Below are positions 31,687 through 41,576 of a DNA stretch of 64,000 nt, piece after piece (positions within the stretch are counted from its first letter, which is position 1; each line of letters starts with the position of its first letter). Position numbers and translations under genes: made by a program. The notes beneath the pieces were generated by a model. The model saw nothing but the letters and a program-made list of their open reading frames with translations, searched no databases and was not told the DNA's origin. This DNA is from Bdellovibrionota bacterium (GTDB lineage Bacteria > Bdellovibrionota_C > UBA2361 > CAKMMH01): assembly GCA_050952645.1 (NCBI GenBank), contig JBMNLI010000012.1, forward strand, positions 290,835-354,834, in the 5' to 3' direction.

Positions 31687-33153
31687 CTATCCTAAAAATG
31701 AGTTAATAATCACATCTATAAATAAATGCACTTTAGCTCCAAAGTATATTATTAAAAGCGAACTAACTAGTAATACCGCATTAGTAATAATTGGAAATTT
31801 ACTATTTTTAGCATTTGGAACTTTTTTATAATTAAAATATATTTTTTCAAAAAATTTAAGAAAAAAAGCTAGTAATATAAAACTTGAAACTATAAGGCTT
31901 ATAACGTAAAAATAACTGTTTGCTTTAAATGCTACTAATATAAAATAAAATTTACTAAAAAATCCTCCAGTAGGTGGAATCCCAAGCACCGAAAGAGCAG
32001 TTATAATAAAAGAGAAAAGTAGAATTTTTTCTTTTGCTAAGATATTAGTATCTAATAAATCGCTATGATTATAAATTTTATAGTAATATTCTAAAACACC
32101 TGCTGATAAAAATAGTGTAAGCATCATAAGGATATCTATTAAAATATGGTAAAGCACCGCTTTAATACCTAAAACATCTTGAAACCAAAGCGCCCCAAAC
32201 ATTAAGGAGCATTCCATTAAAAGCACGTAACAAAAGGACGCTCTAATGTTTTTTTGAGTAAACGCTTTTATCGAAAAGTAAATCATTCCTATAGCTGCAA
32301 TATTTGGCATTAAGTATTTAAAGCCTTCTAGTGAAAAAAGATAATCTACGCCAAACACTAACACTATAACCTTTATACATGCAAACAGAGAAACTTTAGT
32401 TACTATCGGTGCCATAAGCGTGCTTACTGGGCTAATCGTTTTTGAATAAGCAAAAGGAAGCCAGCTGTGAAAAGGAAAGAATGCTATCTTTATCGATAAG
32501 CCTATCACTATAAATAGAAATGAAGCTTTAATTGAGGTCGTTTTATATAGCGGAAGAACGTAATGATGAAGCTCTTGCATATTTAAATTTCCAGTTTTTA
32601 AATATAAAATTCCAACTCCAAGCAAATAAAAGCTAGCCCCAATAGTTCCAATTATTAAATACCTAAATGATGCTACATAACTTTCCTTTCTCCCTAATGC
32701 AATCATGGCATACGAGCTAAGAGAAACTATTTCTAAAAATACGTATAAATTAAAAGCGTCTCCCGTTATAACTATTCCTAAAATTCCAGTTAGAAAAAGT
32801 AGTAGTAATGAATAAAAAGCGTAAAACTTATCTGGAAATCTTAAATAAATAAATTTTCTTGAATATAAAACCGTAGCTAATAAAACAAAGCTTATTATGC
32901 TTAATAATATTGCATTGTAAGTATTTAAATAAAAAGCTATACCTATGCTTTGCCCCCAACCTCCTAAGTTATAACTTCGAGAGCCATTTAGGAAAGTTTC
33001 TTTTACTCCGAGTAATGAAAAATAAATTGAACATAAAATAGACAATACGGCAAGGGGGTAGCATAAGCTTTTTTTAAAAGAGCCTATAACTCCTATTAAA
33101 AGTGCTGCTATAAATGGACATATCAATATTAATATTGGAAGTTGTGATATCAT
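31687..33153 (-). CDS. mrpD: Mrp antiporter subunit D family
   Basis: DAFNLYVFLEI, PFHSWLP and GIPPTGGF. Confidence 0.92.
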   Translation of the reverse strand: MISQLPILILICPFIAALLIGVIGSFKKSLCYPLAVLSILCSIYFSLLGVKETFLNGSRSYNLGGWGQSIGIAFYLNTYNAILLSIISFVLLATVLYSRKFIYLRFPDKFYAFYSLLLLFLTGILGIVITGDAFNLYVFLEIVSLSSYAMIALGRKESYVASFRYLIIGTIGASFYLLGVGILYLKTGNLNMQELHHYVLPLYKTTSIKASFLFIVIGLSIKIAFFPFHSWLPFAYSKTISPVSTLMAPIVTKVSLFACIKVIVLVFGVDYLFSLEGFKYLMPNIAAIGMIYFSIKAFTQKNIRASFCYVLLMECSLMFGALWFQDVLGIKAVLYHILIDILMMLTLFLSAGVLEYYYKIYNHSDLLDTNILAKEKILLFSFIITALSVLGIPPTGGFFSKFYFILVAFKANSYFYVISLIVSSFILLAFFLKFFEKIYFNYKKVPNAKNSKFPIITNAVLLVSSLLIIYFGAKVHLFIDVIINSFLG

Positions 33154-33518
33154 TCATCCTCCATTAGCCTTAAAATTTCATCTTCTTCTATGGACTTATA
33201 CTCTTTACTAATTTTTTGTAAAAGAGAAAGCGCTACTGCGAGCGTAGAAACTCCTACTACTATTGCAGTAAGCATTAAAACGTGAGGAAGCGGATTTGCT
33301 ATAAGTTTTGCATTTACGACATCGCTTTCAGGCACTATCGGAATATTTGCATTGTTTTTTATTCCCATAGAAACGAAAAACAAAATTAGTGATGCTTGTA
33401 AAATGCTCATTCCAATAATTTTCTTTAATAAATTATTTTTAGCCATCATAGCGTAAAATCCTAAAGAAAATAAGATAAAATAAAAAACGTAATTATATTT
33501 ATAAAACAATAATTCCAT
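33150..33518 (-). CDS. mrpC: Mrp antiporter subunit C
   Basis: NPLPHVLMLTAIVV. Confidence 0.93.
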   Translation of the reverse strand: MELLFYKYNYVFYFILFSLGFYAMMAKNNLLKKIIGMSILQASLILFFVSMGIKNNANIPIVPESDVVNAKLIANPLPHVLMLTAIVVGVSTLAVALSLLQKISKEYKSIEEDEILRLMEDE

Positions 33519-33542
33519 TAAAAATTCCTTAGCTTTTAAATA

Positions 33543-34361
33543 TTATAAATTTAAACCCGACTCTAATTCTTCCTCTATATTTTCTTGGACATCGTCTTCT
33601 TCTTTAAGCCCTTTATCAAAGCTACTTCCTGCGGCTAAATATATAAAGCAAGTAAACATTACGATATTAACTGTGAGTGCTACTCCTAACTCTACAAAAA
33701 GCACTCCATAAGAGCGTGCTATAGGAGGAGATACCAACAATATATTTTTTAAAGCCGAATAATCTAGAAAGTTTTTCTTTAATAAAAGACAAAGTAGACC
33801 AACGCTTGCATAAATAAGAACGCCTAAATATGCTAAAGAGTGCCTAGTTCTTTTAAAAAATCTATTAGTAGCTTTTGGAATACCAAAAGAGATAGCATAA
33901 AAAATAAAACTTGCACCTAGTATAACTCCACCTTGGAAACCACCTCCAGGGCTATAATGCCCGTGCACTATTACGTATAAGGCAAATAGCTGTATTACAG
34001 GCATTACAAGTTTGCAAGTCGTTTGCACTACTAAATCGGAGCTTTCGGTAGTTTGAGGCAAATCTTCAACGCTACTTTTTCTCCTTTTAGGTTTAGATAA
34101 TATTAAAATTAAAGCTATCGCTGCCGTTAAAATTACGGTAGTTTCAAACATCGTATCAAAACCTCTATAATCTGCTAATATGGTAGAAACGACATTAGGA
34201 ATATAGGCATCTTTATATGAATTTTCTACGTAATATGGGGATACATTAACATTCGGGGGGGATAAAACATCTCCCGTTATGCGAAAATCTAACGCTAAAA
34301 AACATAAAAATATAAAAAATAAAATTGATACGATTTTATAAATTTTTTTCATACAACCCAT
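33543..34361 (-). CDS. mrpB: Mrp antiporter subunit B
   Basis: NVVSTILADYRGFDTMFE and HGHYSPGGGFQGG. Confidence 0.92.
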   Translation of the reverse strand: MGCMKKIYKIVSILFFIFLCFLALDFRITGDVLSPPNVNVSPYYVENSYKDAYIPNVVSTILADYRGFDTMFETTVILTAAIALILILSKPKRRKSSVEDLPQTTESSDLVVQTTCKLVMPVIQLFALYVIVHGHYSPGGGFQGGVILGASFIFYAISFGIPKATNRFFKRTRHSLAYLGVLIYASVGLLCLLLKKNFLDYSALKNILLVSPPIARSYGVLFVELGVALTVNIVMFTCFIYLAAGSSFDKGLKEEDDVQENIEEELESGLNL

Positions 34362-34443
34362 TTAAACTATAATGTTTAATTTTTTAAAATATTTAATTTT
34401 TAATTTTCTTACTTCTTTTTATTATTATTTTATTACCTTAATT

Positions 34444-34680
34444 TTAATCTTTAGTTTTAATTCCTACCTTACAAAGCGTTGCTATCATTAGCACTGTGCT
34501 AATCCCAGCTCCTACGCAAGCTTCGGTAAAAGCCACATCGACGCCTAGCATCTTTGCTAACAAAACGCACGTTAAAAAACTATAACTCCCCAGAACTACG
34601 ACTGCTGTAAAAAGATTTTCAACGTTTAGAGCTGTAAATGCAAATACTACTAAAACGAATAATATAATAAATTCTAACAT
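34444..34680 (-). CDS. Mrp DUF4040-type small subunit
   Basis: DVAFTEACVGAGI motif. Confidence 0.85.
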   Translation of the reverse strand: MLEFIILFVLVVFAFTALNVENLFTAVVVLGSYSFLTCVLLAKMLGVDVAFTEACVGAGISTVLMIATLCKVGIKTKD

Positions 34681-34703
34681 TTTTACTTTTTCCCTCTGAA
34701 AAC

Positions 34704-35105
34704 TTAAATGCTTTTTTTATCTTTATCATTTTTACTATTGTTTTTATCACTTTCTTCATCATCGTTAGTTTTTATATCGCTCTTTTTATCTAATGGGTCT
34801 TTACCAGCCTCATAGCCTGCATTTATTAAGGCATGTAGTCCCGTTGGCCCTGTAAAAAACATAAACGCAAGAACGAAAAAAACTTTTATACTAGTTAAAT
34901 AAGATGATAAACTTCCATGTTCTACTTTTAAAACGTATATTATTACTGCTACAAGCATTAACATCGTAGAAAGTGAGTCGCCTTTAGAGGCAGCATGCAC
35001 ACGAGTGTAAAATTCAGGAAACCTTATAACACCAATAACTGCTAACGCAAATGATATTAAAGATAAAACTAAAAGTATTATTATTACTGCATCGACGTAT
35101 CCCAT
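34704..35105 (-). CDS. mrpG: Mrp antiporter subunit G
   Basis: RFPEFYTRVHAASK. Confidence 0.92.
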   Translation of the reverse strand: MGYVDAVIIILLVLSLISFALAVIGVIRFPEFYTRVHAASKGDSLSTMLMLVAVIIYVLKVEHGSLSSYLTSIKVFFVLAFMFFTGPTGLHALINAGYEAGKDPLDKKSDIKTNDDEESDKNNSKNDKDKKSI

Positions 35106-35160
35106 TTTTTCTTGTTCCTAAAACTTTCTTGTTTCTAAAACTTATTGCATATTATTGCTT

Positions 35161-35484
35161 TTATTTACAACTACTGTTGTTATTACTATTGCTACTGTTA
35201 TTATTATTACTACGCACTTTAGTTGCGTGTTTTAAGAAACGCCCTACGGCTAGCAATGTTAAAAAATTAAGTAGTGCATAAGTAAGCGCTAAGTCTATAT
35301 ACATATCTAGCTTTCCTAATACGACGCCAATAAGCACTAAAAGAGAAACCGCTTTCGTTCCGATTATATTTGTAGCAAGCACTCTATCTATCATTGTAGG
35401 ACCTCTTAAAACGGCGTAAATTACTACTAGCATAAGAGATACTAGACAAATCATAGCTATATAAAAAGCAAAGTTTATAACCAT
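35161..35484 (-). CDS. mrpF: Mrp antiporter subunit F
   Basis: RGPTMIDRVLA and DLALTYALLNF. Confidence 0.92.
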   Translation of the reverse strand: MVINFAFYIAMICLVSLMLVVIYAVLRGPTMIDRVLATNIIGTKAVSLLVLIGVVLGKLDMYIDLALTYALLNFLTLLAVGRFLKHATKVRSNNNNSSNSNNNSSCK

Positions 35485-35490
35485 AATATT

Positions 35491-35967
35491 TTAATCTTCC
35501 TTAAAAACTTTCAATAGTTTATTTTCGATAGCTTCAATGCCCTCAAGCGCACCTTCTTTTTGTAATGCGTGGATAACTAGCTTATCATCTAATAAAGAAA
35601 TAGTTACTGTTCCTGGAGGTAGAGTAATAGAGTTTGCAAAAATCAACTTTGCTAAGTCGTTTTTTAACTTAGTTTTATAAGTAAATATTACGGGTGATAT
35701 ATTTTTTTCTATATCTTTGCTAAGAATAATTAAACTTACATTTATGTTAGATTTTATAATTTGGAAAATAAGCCAAGGAACGTAAAAAAATAATCTTATT
35801 AAAGTTTTAATATTTTGTGTAAATGAATAGTTAGAGCGAAGAAGATCTCTAGAGGCATAAGCTACAATAAAGCTTGAAAAGAGACCTAACGACATATGAA
35901 GTGCGTCAAATTTCCCATTTAAAGCTAGCCAAATTAAAAAGAATAATATAAAAAAGATAAAACACAT
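35491..35967 (-). CDS. mrpE: Mrp antiporter subunit E
   Basis: ANSITLPPGT and HAL motifs. Confidence 0.92.
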   Translation of the reverse strand: MCFIFFILFFLIWLALNGKFDALHMSLGLFSSFIVAYASRDLLRSNYSFTQNIKTLIRLFFYVPWLIFQIIKSNINVSLIILSKDIEKNISPVIFTYKTKLKNDLAKLIFANSITLPPGTVTISLLDDKLVIHALQKEGALEGIEAIENKLLKVFKED

Positions 35968-36164
35968 ACTTAAACCGTAATCAATTTAAAAAAAACATAC
36001 TACTAGAATAGTATAAAATAATTTATAATTTTGACAAGATTTAATATTATACAAGTGGTATAAGTGGGCCCTTTAGATAAAATTTTTAAAATCATTGACA
36101 TAATTTAAAAATTTCTCTATTCTACTATTTTATATCGTTAAATTGTTTGGAAAATTTTTTTTAT

Positions 36165-36238
36165 GGGCCAGTAGCTCAGCTGGTTAGAGTGCGTGCCTGA
36201 TAAGCACGAGGTCGGAAGTTCGATTCTTCCCTGGCCCA
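36165..36238 (+). tRNA. tRNA-Ile (GAT)
   Basis: Acceptor stem gggccag / ctggccc; anticodon arm cgtgc-ctGATaa-gcacg; GTTCGA T-loop; CCA not encoded. Confidence 0.97.
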
Positions 36239-36432
36239 AACAACCAACCAAACAACCAACAAAAAAAAAGAACAAACAAAATTAAACTAAAACAAAGTAG
36301 TTGGTATGATTTGTTTAATGCTTAAAATTAGATAATTAGTATTGAAAATATTTGTTTTATATACTAACATCTTAAAAGTTGTTGTTGTTTCAAAAAATTT
36401 ATAAATTTATAATTTTGAAATTTGTCTTTTAG

Positions 36433-36505
36433 GGGGGTATAGCTCAGTTGGTAGAGCGTCGGCTTTGCAAGCCGAATGTCATGGGTTCGAATCCCTTTAC
36501 CTCCA
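36433..36505 (+). tRNA. tRNA-Ala (TGC)
   Basis: Acceptor stem gggggta / tacctcc with G3:U70; anticodon arm tcggc-ttTGCaa-gccga; CCA not encoded. Confidence 0.97.
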
Positions 36506-36613
36506 TATTTTTTTTCTTTTCTTGCTTTCCCTTTCTACTTTCACACTTATCATTTTATTTCTTAGCATTTCTTTTTATTATTTCATTTCTTTTTATTATT
36601 TTTTTTAACTACT

Positions 36614-37864
36614 CTAAAATGATGCGATAAATTCCCTGTCGAAAAATTTTGAATTCATTCTCGTTCTTAAAATTTTTATCTCAAAAAACCCATCTAATTT
36701 TTTATAATTTTCAGGTAAAAAAGGAAGCTTGTATTCCCCATGCTCTAATTGAAAAAGAGTGACTCTCGGATAAAAAAGATACCTTTTATAATAACTTTTG
36801 CCCTCTTCATTTATGATTTTTATTACATATATGCCCTTTGCCGTATAAGACTTGTTAAAATAAAAAACTCTAGTTTGACTTTTATCTAAAGGAAAATTTA
36901 CATCTACACTTTCATATAAACCATACTGATTAAAAAGCTCTAGCCTTTTTATCCCCTTTCCGGAAATTTCAACATTAAAATTAAGCGTCTTTTCTCCATC
37001 TACATCTTTTATCTGAACCCACTTTAAATAAATATCACTATCGGCTATAAAATTATCCTCTAAGCTTAATACGTGCTTTATATTTTGACACTCAAAAAAT
37101 TTTTCAAACTTGATATCTCCAATCTCAAAATCAAAATTCTTCCCCTTTATTTGAACTGAAACTTGTAAATTATTTATATACTGCATTAAAGCATTATAAC
37201 TATTTATAACAATCCCTAAACTTTCCTTTGCTGAAACATTGCGAGTCCCTGGTTTTAATAGAAAGTTAATAGAACTAGAATACTTTATAATTAAATTCCT
37301 AAGCTTTGCAGATTCCACTGGAGATAAAACTTCGCTGTTCGGAATTTCAGTTAACAGCTTATCAATAGCGAGTAATATATTTTTTAGAGTTTGCGACGCA
37401 GAAGTCGATTTAATATGCTCCCACTCAATTTGAGTAATATCTTTGTTTATTACTTGCTCCCTGCTTTCATCTAAATCTTGAATGTAAATATTGTGTATTA
37501 ACCATTCTATCTCTTCAAGCGGATTTAATGATAAAAAGGTAACCTGAGTTTCTCTGTTTTCCACATCAACTTGCCCATCACTATCATTCTTACTATCCTG
37601 ACTGTCCTTACTATCCTTATCTTTTGCTTTATCTTGCTTTTTAAAAAACTTATTTTGCTTAATTTTCTTATCTTCTTTTATTTTTACAAAATTTTGCAAA
37701 TCTTTCGCTTCTTTTACTTTAGTTCCTATTTTTTTCGTTTTATCAATAACTACATCAACATCTTTTTTTAACTTTATCGTAGTAGATACATTTAATATAG
37801 CAGGAACAAATATTATGCCTGCTACCGTCAAAACTATTAGAAATATTATCACATATTTTTTCAT
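36614..37864 (-). CDS. Hypothetical membrane-anchored protein
   Basis: N-terminal TM helix; 416 aa. Confidence 0.75.
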   Translation of the reverse strand: MKKYVIIFLIVLTVAGIIFVPAILNVSTTIKLKKDVDVVIDKTKKIGTKVKEAKDLQNFVKIKEDKKIKQNKFFKKQDKAKDKDSKDSQDSKNDSDGQVDVENRETQVTFLSLNPLEEIEWLIHNIYIQDLDESREQVINKDITQIEWEHIKSTSASQTLKNILLAIDKLLTEIPNSEVLSPVESAKLRNLIIKYSSSINFLLKPGTRNVSAKESLGIVINSYNALMQYINNLQVSVQIKGKNFDFEIGDIKFEKFFECQNIKHVLSLEDNFIADSDIYLKWVQIKDVDGEKTLNFNVEISGKGIKRLELFNQYGLYESVDVNFPLDKSQTRVFYFNKSYTAKGIYVIKIINEEGKSYYKRYLFYPRVTLFQLEHGEYKLPFLPENYKKLDGFFEIKILRTRMNSKFFDREFIASF

Positions 37865-38090
37865 AACGATTACCTAGAAAACTCGTGTGAAGTCAAAACA
37901 CACAGCCTATATATACATCTTGCAAAATCCTAGAGTTGATCCTATCAAATTTTTAATATTTAATAAAAAAATTTTCCATATTTAAAGTTTATAAACTTTA
38001 ATATAGAATATAAGCGTATTATAATGTAAACTTAAGTTTTCTTTTAATATAACGAATATTAACTACTTTTAAATATTTAATAAATTTATT

Positions 38091-38765
38091 ATGAATAAAA
38101 AAATAAATAAAATCACTATACTATCAATCTTAATTTTACTTTTAATTAACTCTTTTGTAAGTTGCTCTAACGATAGCAAAAGCAATAAAGATAACAATAA
38201 CGATAACAATAAAGGGCAAAATAAAGTTATAAGTAAAAATAAACAAGAAAAATCATTCCTTGAAAAACTAGGAAAAAATATCGAATCTAGGCTAACTAAT
38301 GAGATAGAGAATCAATTAAAAGAAAATAAATTAACTGGTAAAAATATAAAAATAAAAATAAGTCAAAGTAAAAATAAAAGTAAAAAAGAAAAAAAATATA
38401 CTTATAATGCGGAAGGAAAAAGAGACCCTTTCGTTAAATATGAAGCTGAAAACTCAATAATTGCAAATTTAAATAGTAAAAAAAGAGAGGATGCTCCACC
38501 TTTAGAACAATGCGATATTAAACAATTTAAATTAACTGCCGTTATGTCCGTAGGCGATACCCTAAAAGCGATAGTAGAAAATGCAGACGGAAAAGGATTT
38601 ATAGTCGATATAGGAACTAAAATTGGATTAAATAACGGAGTAATTACTCAAATCCTAGAAGATAAAATTATCATATCTGAAACCTTAGTAGACTTTACTG
38701 GAAAAGAAGAAAAAACAACGATAGAAATGCTACTAAGAGAAAAAGAAGATGAAAAAGAAGAATAA
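38091..38765 (+). CDS. pilP: Type IV pilus lipoprotein PilP-like
   Basis: Lipobox FVSC; YTYNAEGKRDPF, PLE..DI.QFKL.AV and G.KIG.NNG.I motifs. Confidence 0.88.
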   Translation: MNKKINKITILSILILLLINSFVSCSNDSKSNKDNNNDNNKGQNKVISKNKQEKSFLEKLGKNIESRLTNEIENQLKENKLTGKNIKIKISQSKNKSKKEKKYTYNAEGKRDPFVKYEAENSIIANLNSKKREDAPPLEQCDIKQFKLTAVMSVGDTLKAIVENADGKGFIVDIGTKIGLNNGVITQILEDKIIISETLVDFTGKEEKTTIEMLLREKEDEKEE

Positions 38766-38818
38766 TTAGGCTAATAATAAAAAAATTATAAAGAATTTTA
38801 TCATCTTAAAATACACTT

Positions 38819-39790
38819 ATGGATATAATAAAAGCAGATATAATAAAAGAATATAAAGATCTTATAGACTTAGAAGCATTAAAAACTTATAGGACAGATT
38901 TTGAAAAAAAACTTATCTCCTCTACCTCTTTAAAAGAGTTTAACTCTTTTGATAAAAAAAATATTAAAGATAAATTAAAAATAGATACTACTAGTGATAT
39001 AATCACTGTAAAAAGTGAAAGCAAATTAGAAAAGGAAACTTTTACACAAATCAAAGAACAAATAAAACTGCTAGCCCCTTGGAGAATAGGACCGTACGAC
39101 CTACTAGACTATAACATAGAAAGCGAATGGAACTCTTACTATAAATTTAATCGATTAAAAGAATTTATTCCTAATTTAAAAAATAAAATTATCGCAGACA
39201 TTGGCGGTAATAACGGTTATTTTAGTTTTAGATTATCTAGTTTTAACCCTAAACTTATAGTGCTTTCTGAGCCAGTGCCTAAAAGCTATCTTCAATATAA
39301 ATTCTTGCAAAAATTTTTACGCATAGATAACATCATTCACGAACCTGTAAAGGCTGAAAATTTTTCAGTATTTAAAAATTTTTTCGATGTTATTTTTTGC
39401 CTTGGCGTTATATATCACCAAAGAAATCCTCTTTTAATGTTAAATGAATGCGCAACGGCGCTAAAGAAAAACGGGATAATTATTCTTGAAACTATCTGCT
39501 ATGATAAAAAAGAACCCATAGCACTTTGCCCAAAAACTTACTCAAAAATGAGAAACGTTTGGTTTCTTCCAACTCCATCATGCTTAAAACGCTGGCTTGA
39601 AATCTCTAACTTTACAGTGCTAAAAGAAAGCACACTTTGCAAAACTTCTTTTAAAGAACAGCGCAAAACTAAAGATGCTACATTTGAAAGCTTAGAAGAC
39701 TTCTTAGACAAAGATAACCCTAATTTAACTATTGAGGGTTATCATAGTCCTAAAAGATATATAGTCGTCGCTAAAAAAAAGACAAACTAA
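38819..39790 (+). CDS. cmoB: tRNA U34 carboxymethyltransferase
   Basis: PWRIGPY, IESEWNS, DIGGNNGY, GVIYHQR, YSKMRNVWFLP and TIEGY. Confidence 0.92.
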   Translation: MDIIKADIIKEYKDLIDLEALKTYRTDFEKKLISSTSLKEFNSFDKKNIKDKLKIDTTSDIITVKSESKLEKETFTQIKEQIKLLAPWRIGPYDLLDYNIESEWNSYYKFNRLKEFIPNLKNKIIADIGGNNGYFSFRLSSFNPKLIVLSEPVPKSYLQYKFLQKFLRIDNIIHEPVKAENFSVFKNFFDVIFCLGVIYHQRNPLLMLNECATALKKNGIIILETICYDKKEPIALCPKTYSKMRNVWFLPTPSCLKRWLEISNFTVLKESTLCKTSFKEQRKTKDATFESLEDFLDKDNPNLTIEGYHSPKRYIVVAKKKTN

Positions 39791-39822
39791 AAAAAATAAA
39801 TAAAAATAAACGATAAATAAAC

Positions 39823-40191
39823 TTAAGAGCTTTTACTTATAACGGGTAAACTCAATCCAAGCTCCTTATTTAATCTTTCATGAAGTCTGTTTTTTACATC
39901 ATCAGATAACTTCATAGTATCCTTAATTTGAGAAGCAACATCTATTACTTGATTATAAAGACAAGCAAACTCCTGACACTTTGCACACTCACAAATATGC
40001 TCTCTTAATCTATCTGCTAGACTTGGGATTAAATCTCCTTCCATGTATTCCCCATATAAGTTTTCAACATCGTGGCAAGTTATAATCTCTTTTTCAAAAA
40101 TTTCTAATTGCATTTCATTCATCATACATAGCCTCCTAATAATAAAAAATTTAAAGCACTTTTTGCCTTTTTTTTTACTAATATGATGCAC
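39823..40191 (-). CDS. Zinc-finger (zf-HC2) anti-sigma-like protein; true start probably internal (MMNEM)
   Basis: C.....LYGEYMEGDL.......EHICECAKC matches the HxxxCxxC motif. Confidence 0.8.
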   Translation of the reverse strand: MHHISKKKGKKCFKFFIIRRLCMMNEMQLEIFEKEIITCHDVENLYGEYMEGDLIPSLADRLREHICECAKCQEFACLYNQVIDVASQIKDTMKLSDDVKNRLHERLNKELGLSLPVISKSS

Positions 40192-40332
40192 CTTTTACAA
40201 AAGCGTTGCGATTTTTTTACAAATTTGATACATTTTTTTTACAATTTTGCTAACTTGTTAATAACAAAGCCTTTTTTCTTTAAGAAAAGAAATTCATTGT
40301 TAAAAAAACTTTTATCACTATAATAACTCTTT

Positions 40333-41130
40333 ATGTGCAAAAACATTTCTAGACCATATATTACTAAAAAAGAATTTTACTTAGGAATTTTAACTACCCC
40401 TATTCACTTATTCTTTTTTGGAATTTCGTTAATAGTTATCGACATTATAGCAAGAGTAGTCTGGCGAATATACGGGAACAAAAAAGTAAGTGTTATATTT
40501 AGATGGAAAGCATATATAACGCTTTTTTTACTAAAATATACCTCAGGAGGAAAATTTTATTTTAGAAATACCGATGTTATTAAAAAATTACCTAAAGATA
40601 GACCCGTAATATTAGTTTCTAATCACCAAAGTTTATACGATACCGCTATACATCTAATATTTTTAAAGGATCACGATATCGTATTTATAGCTAAAAAAGA
40701 ACTCAGTAAATGGATTCCCACAGTAGCCGTTTGTATGAGAGCGCAAGATACGGCACTTATAGATAGAGATAACCCGAAACAATCTATACAAGCTATAAAA
40801 GAGCTAGGAAAGCGTATGCAAGAAGAAAAATTTGCAGTAGGTATATACGCTGAAGGAACTAGAGCAAAAGATGGGAAATTAAAAGAATTTAAAGATGCTG
40901 GAATAAAAACTCTGTTAAAACAAGCTAAAGATGCTGTAATACTGCCCGTTGCCGTTGATGGCTCATGGAAGACTTTTGCATATAGCTATTTTCCTATACC
41001 ATTTGGAGTAAAATTATTTGTAGAATACTTAGAACCTATCGAACCTAAAGATTACGATATATCGAATATCACTTCCGTTTTACATGCAAAAATTGAAAAT
41101 AAGATAAAAGAATTTAGAGGAGAACTATAA
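40333..41130 (+). CDS. plsC: 1-acyl-sn-glycerol-3-phosphate acyltransferase
   Basis: NHQSLYD, FIAKKEL and EGTR. Confidence 0.9.
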   Translation: MCKNISRPYITKKEFYLGILTTPIHLFFFGISLIVIDIIARVVWRIYGNKKVSVIFRWKAYITLFLLKYTSGGKFYFRNTDVIKKLPKDRPVILVSNHQSLYDTAIHLIFLKDHDIVFIAKKELSKWIPTVAVCMRAQDTALIDRDNPKQSIQAIKELGKRMQEEKFAVGIYAEGTRAKDGKLKEFKDAGIKTLLKQAKDAVILPVAVDGSWKTFAYSYFPIPFGVKLFVEYLEPIEPKDYDISNITSVLHAKIENKIKEFRGEL

Positions 41131-41150
41131 AAAATTTTTTTTCAAAAATC

Positions 41151-41390
41151 TTATTGTTTTTTAGTATAAAGCGCCCTTAGTGCATTAGCTTCTAAAGACA
41201 TTATGGCTTCCTTGCTAGTCCCTAAAATCTTAGCAACCTCTTTAACCGTTTTTGGTGGTTCACCATTTAAACCAAATCGTAATGAAAGCACAGTTTTCCA
41301 CTCGATATCAAAATCTGATAAAATATTTTTCACAGCTTTTAATATCGCTTCATCGTTTAATGTTGTTTTATCTTCTTTGTCTTTATCCAC
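41151..41390 (-). CDS. Stand-alone sigma-70 region 4 domain protein
   Basis: VLSLRFGLNGEPPKTVKEVAKILG.S.E.I..LEANALRAL; 79 aa, no region 2 or 3. Confidence 0.8.
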   Translation of the reverse strand: MDKDKEDKTTLNDEAILKAVKNILSDFDIEWKTVLSLRFGLNGEPPKTVKEVAKILGTSKEAIMSLEANALRALYTKKQ

Positions 41391-41406
41391 AGTATTTAAT
41401 AATAAT

Positions 41407-41511
41407 AGTTCTTTAACGTTTTAAGGTGGGTTTAAGACCTTAAAAATTAGTATCACTCACCTACGAACCCAAAAAACAATTTTTCTAACTCACCTTGAAC
41501 GTCAAAGAACC
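41407..41511. mobile_element. MITE family copy 4 (lacks the inner module)
   Basis: Ends gttctttaacgttttaaggtg / caccttgaacgtcaaagaacc. Perfect 8-bp TSD ataataat at 41399-41406 and 41512-41519. Confidence 0.9.
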
Positions 41512-41576
41512 ATAATAATTACATTAATACTTAGGATTATAGCAGATATTATATATTTAAAAAGTTATAATTAAAG

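Noticed and set aside
36448..36630. 60-aa ORF
   Set aside because: Overlaps tRNA-Ala; spurious.
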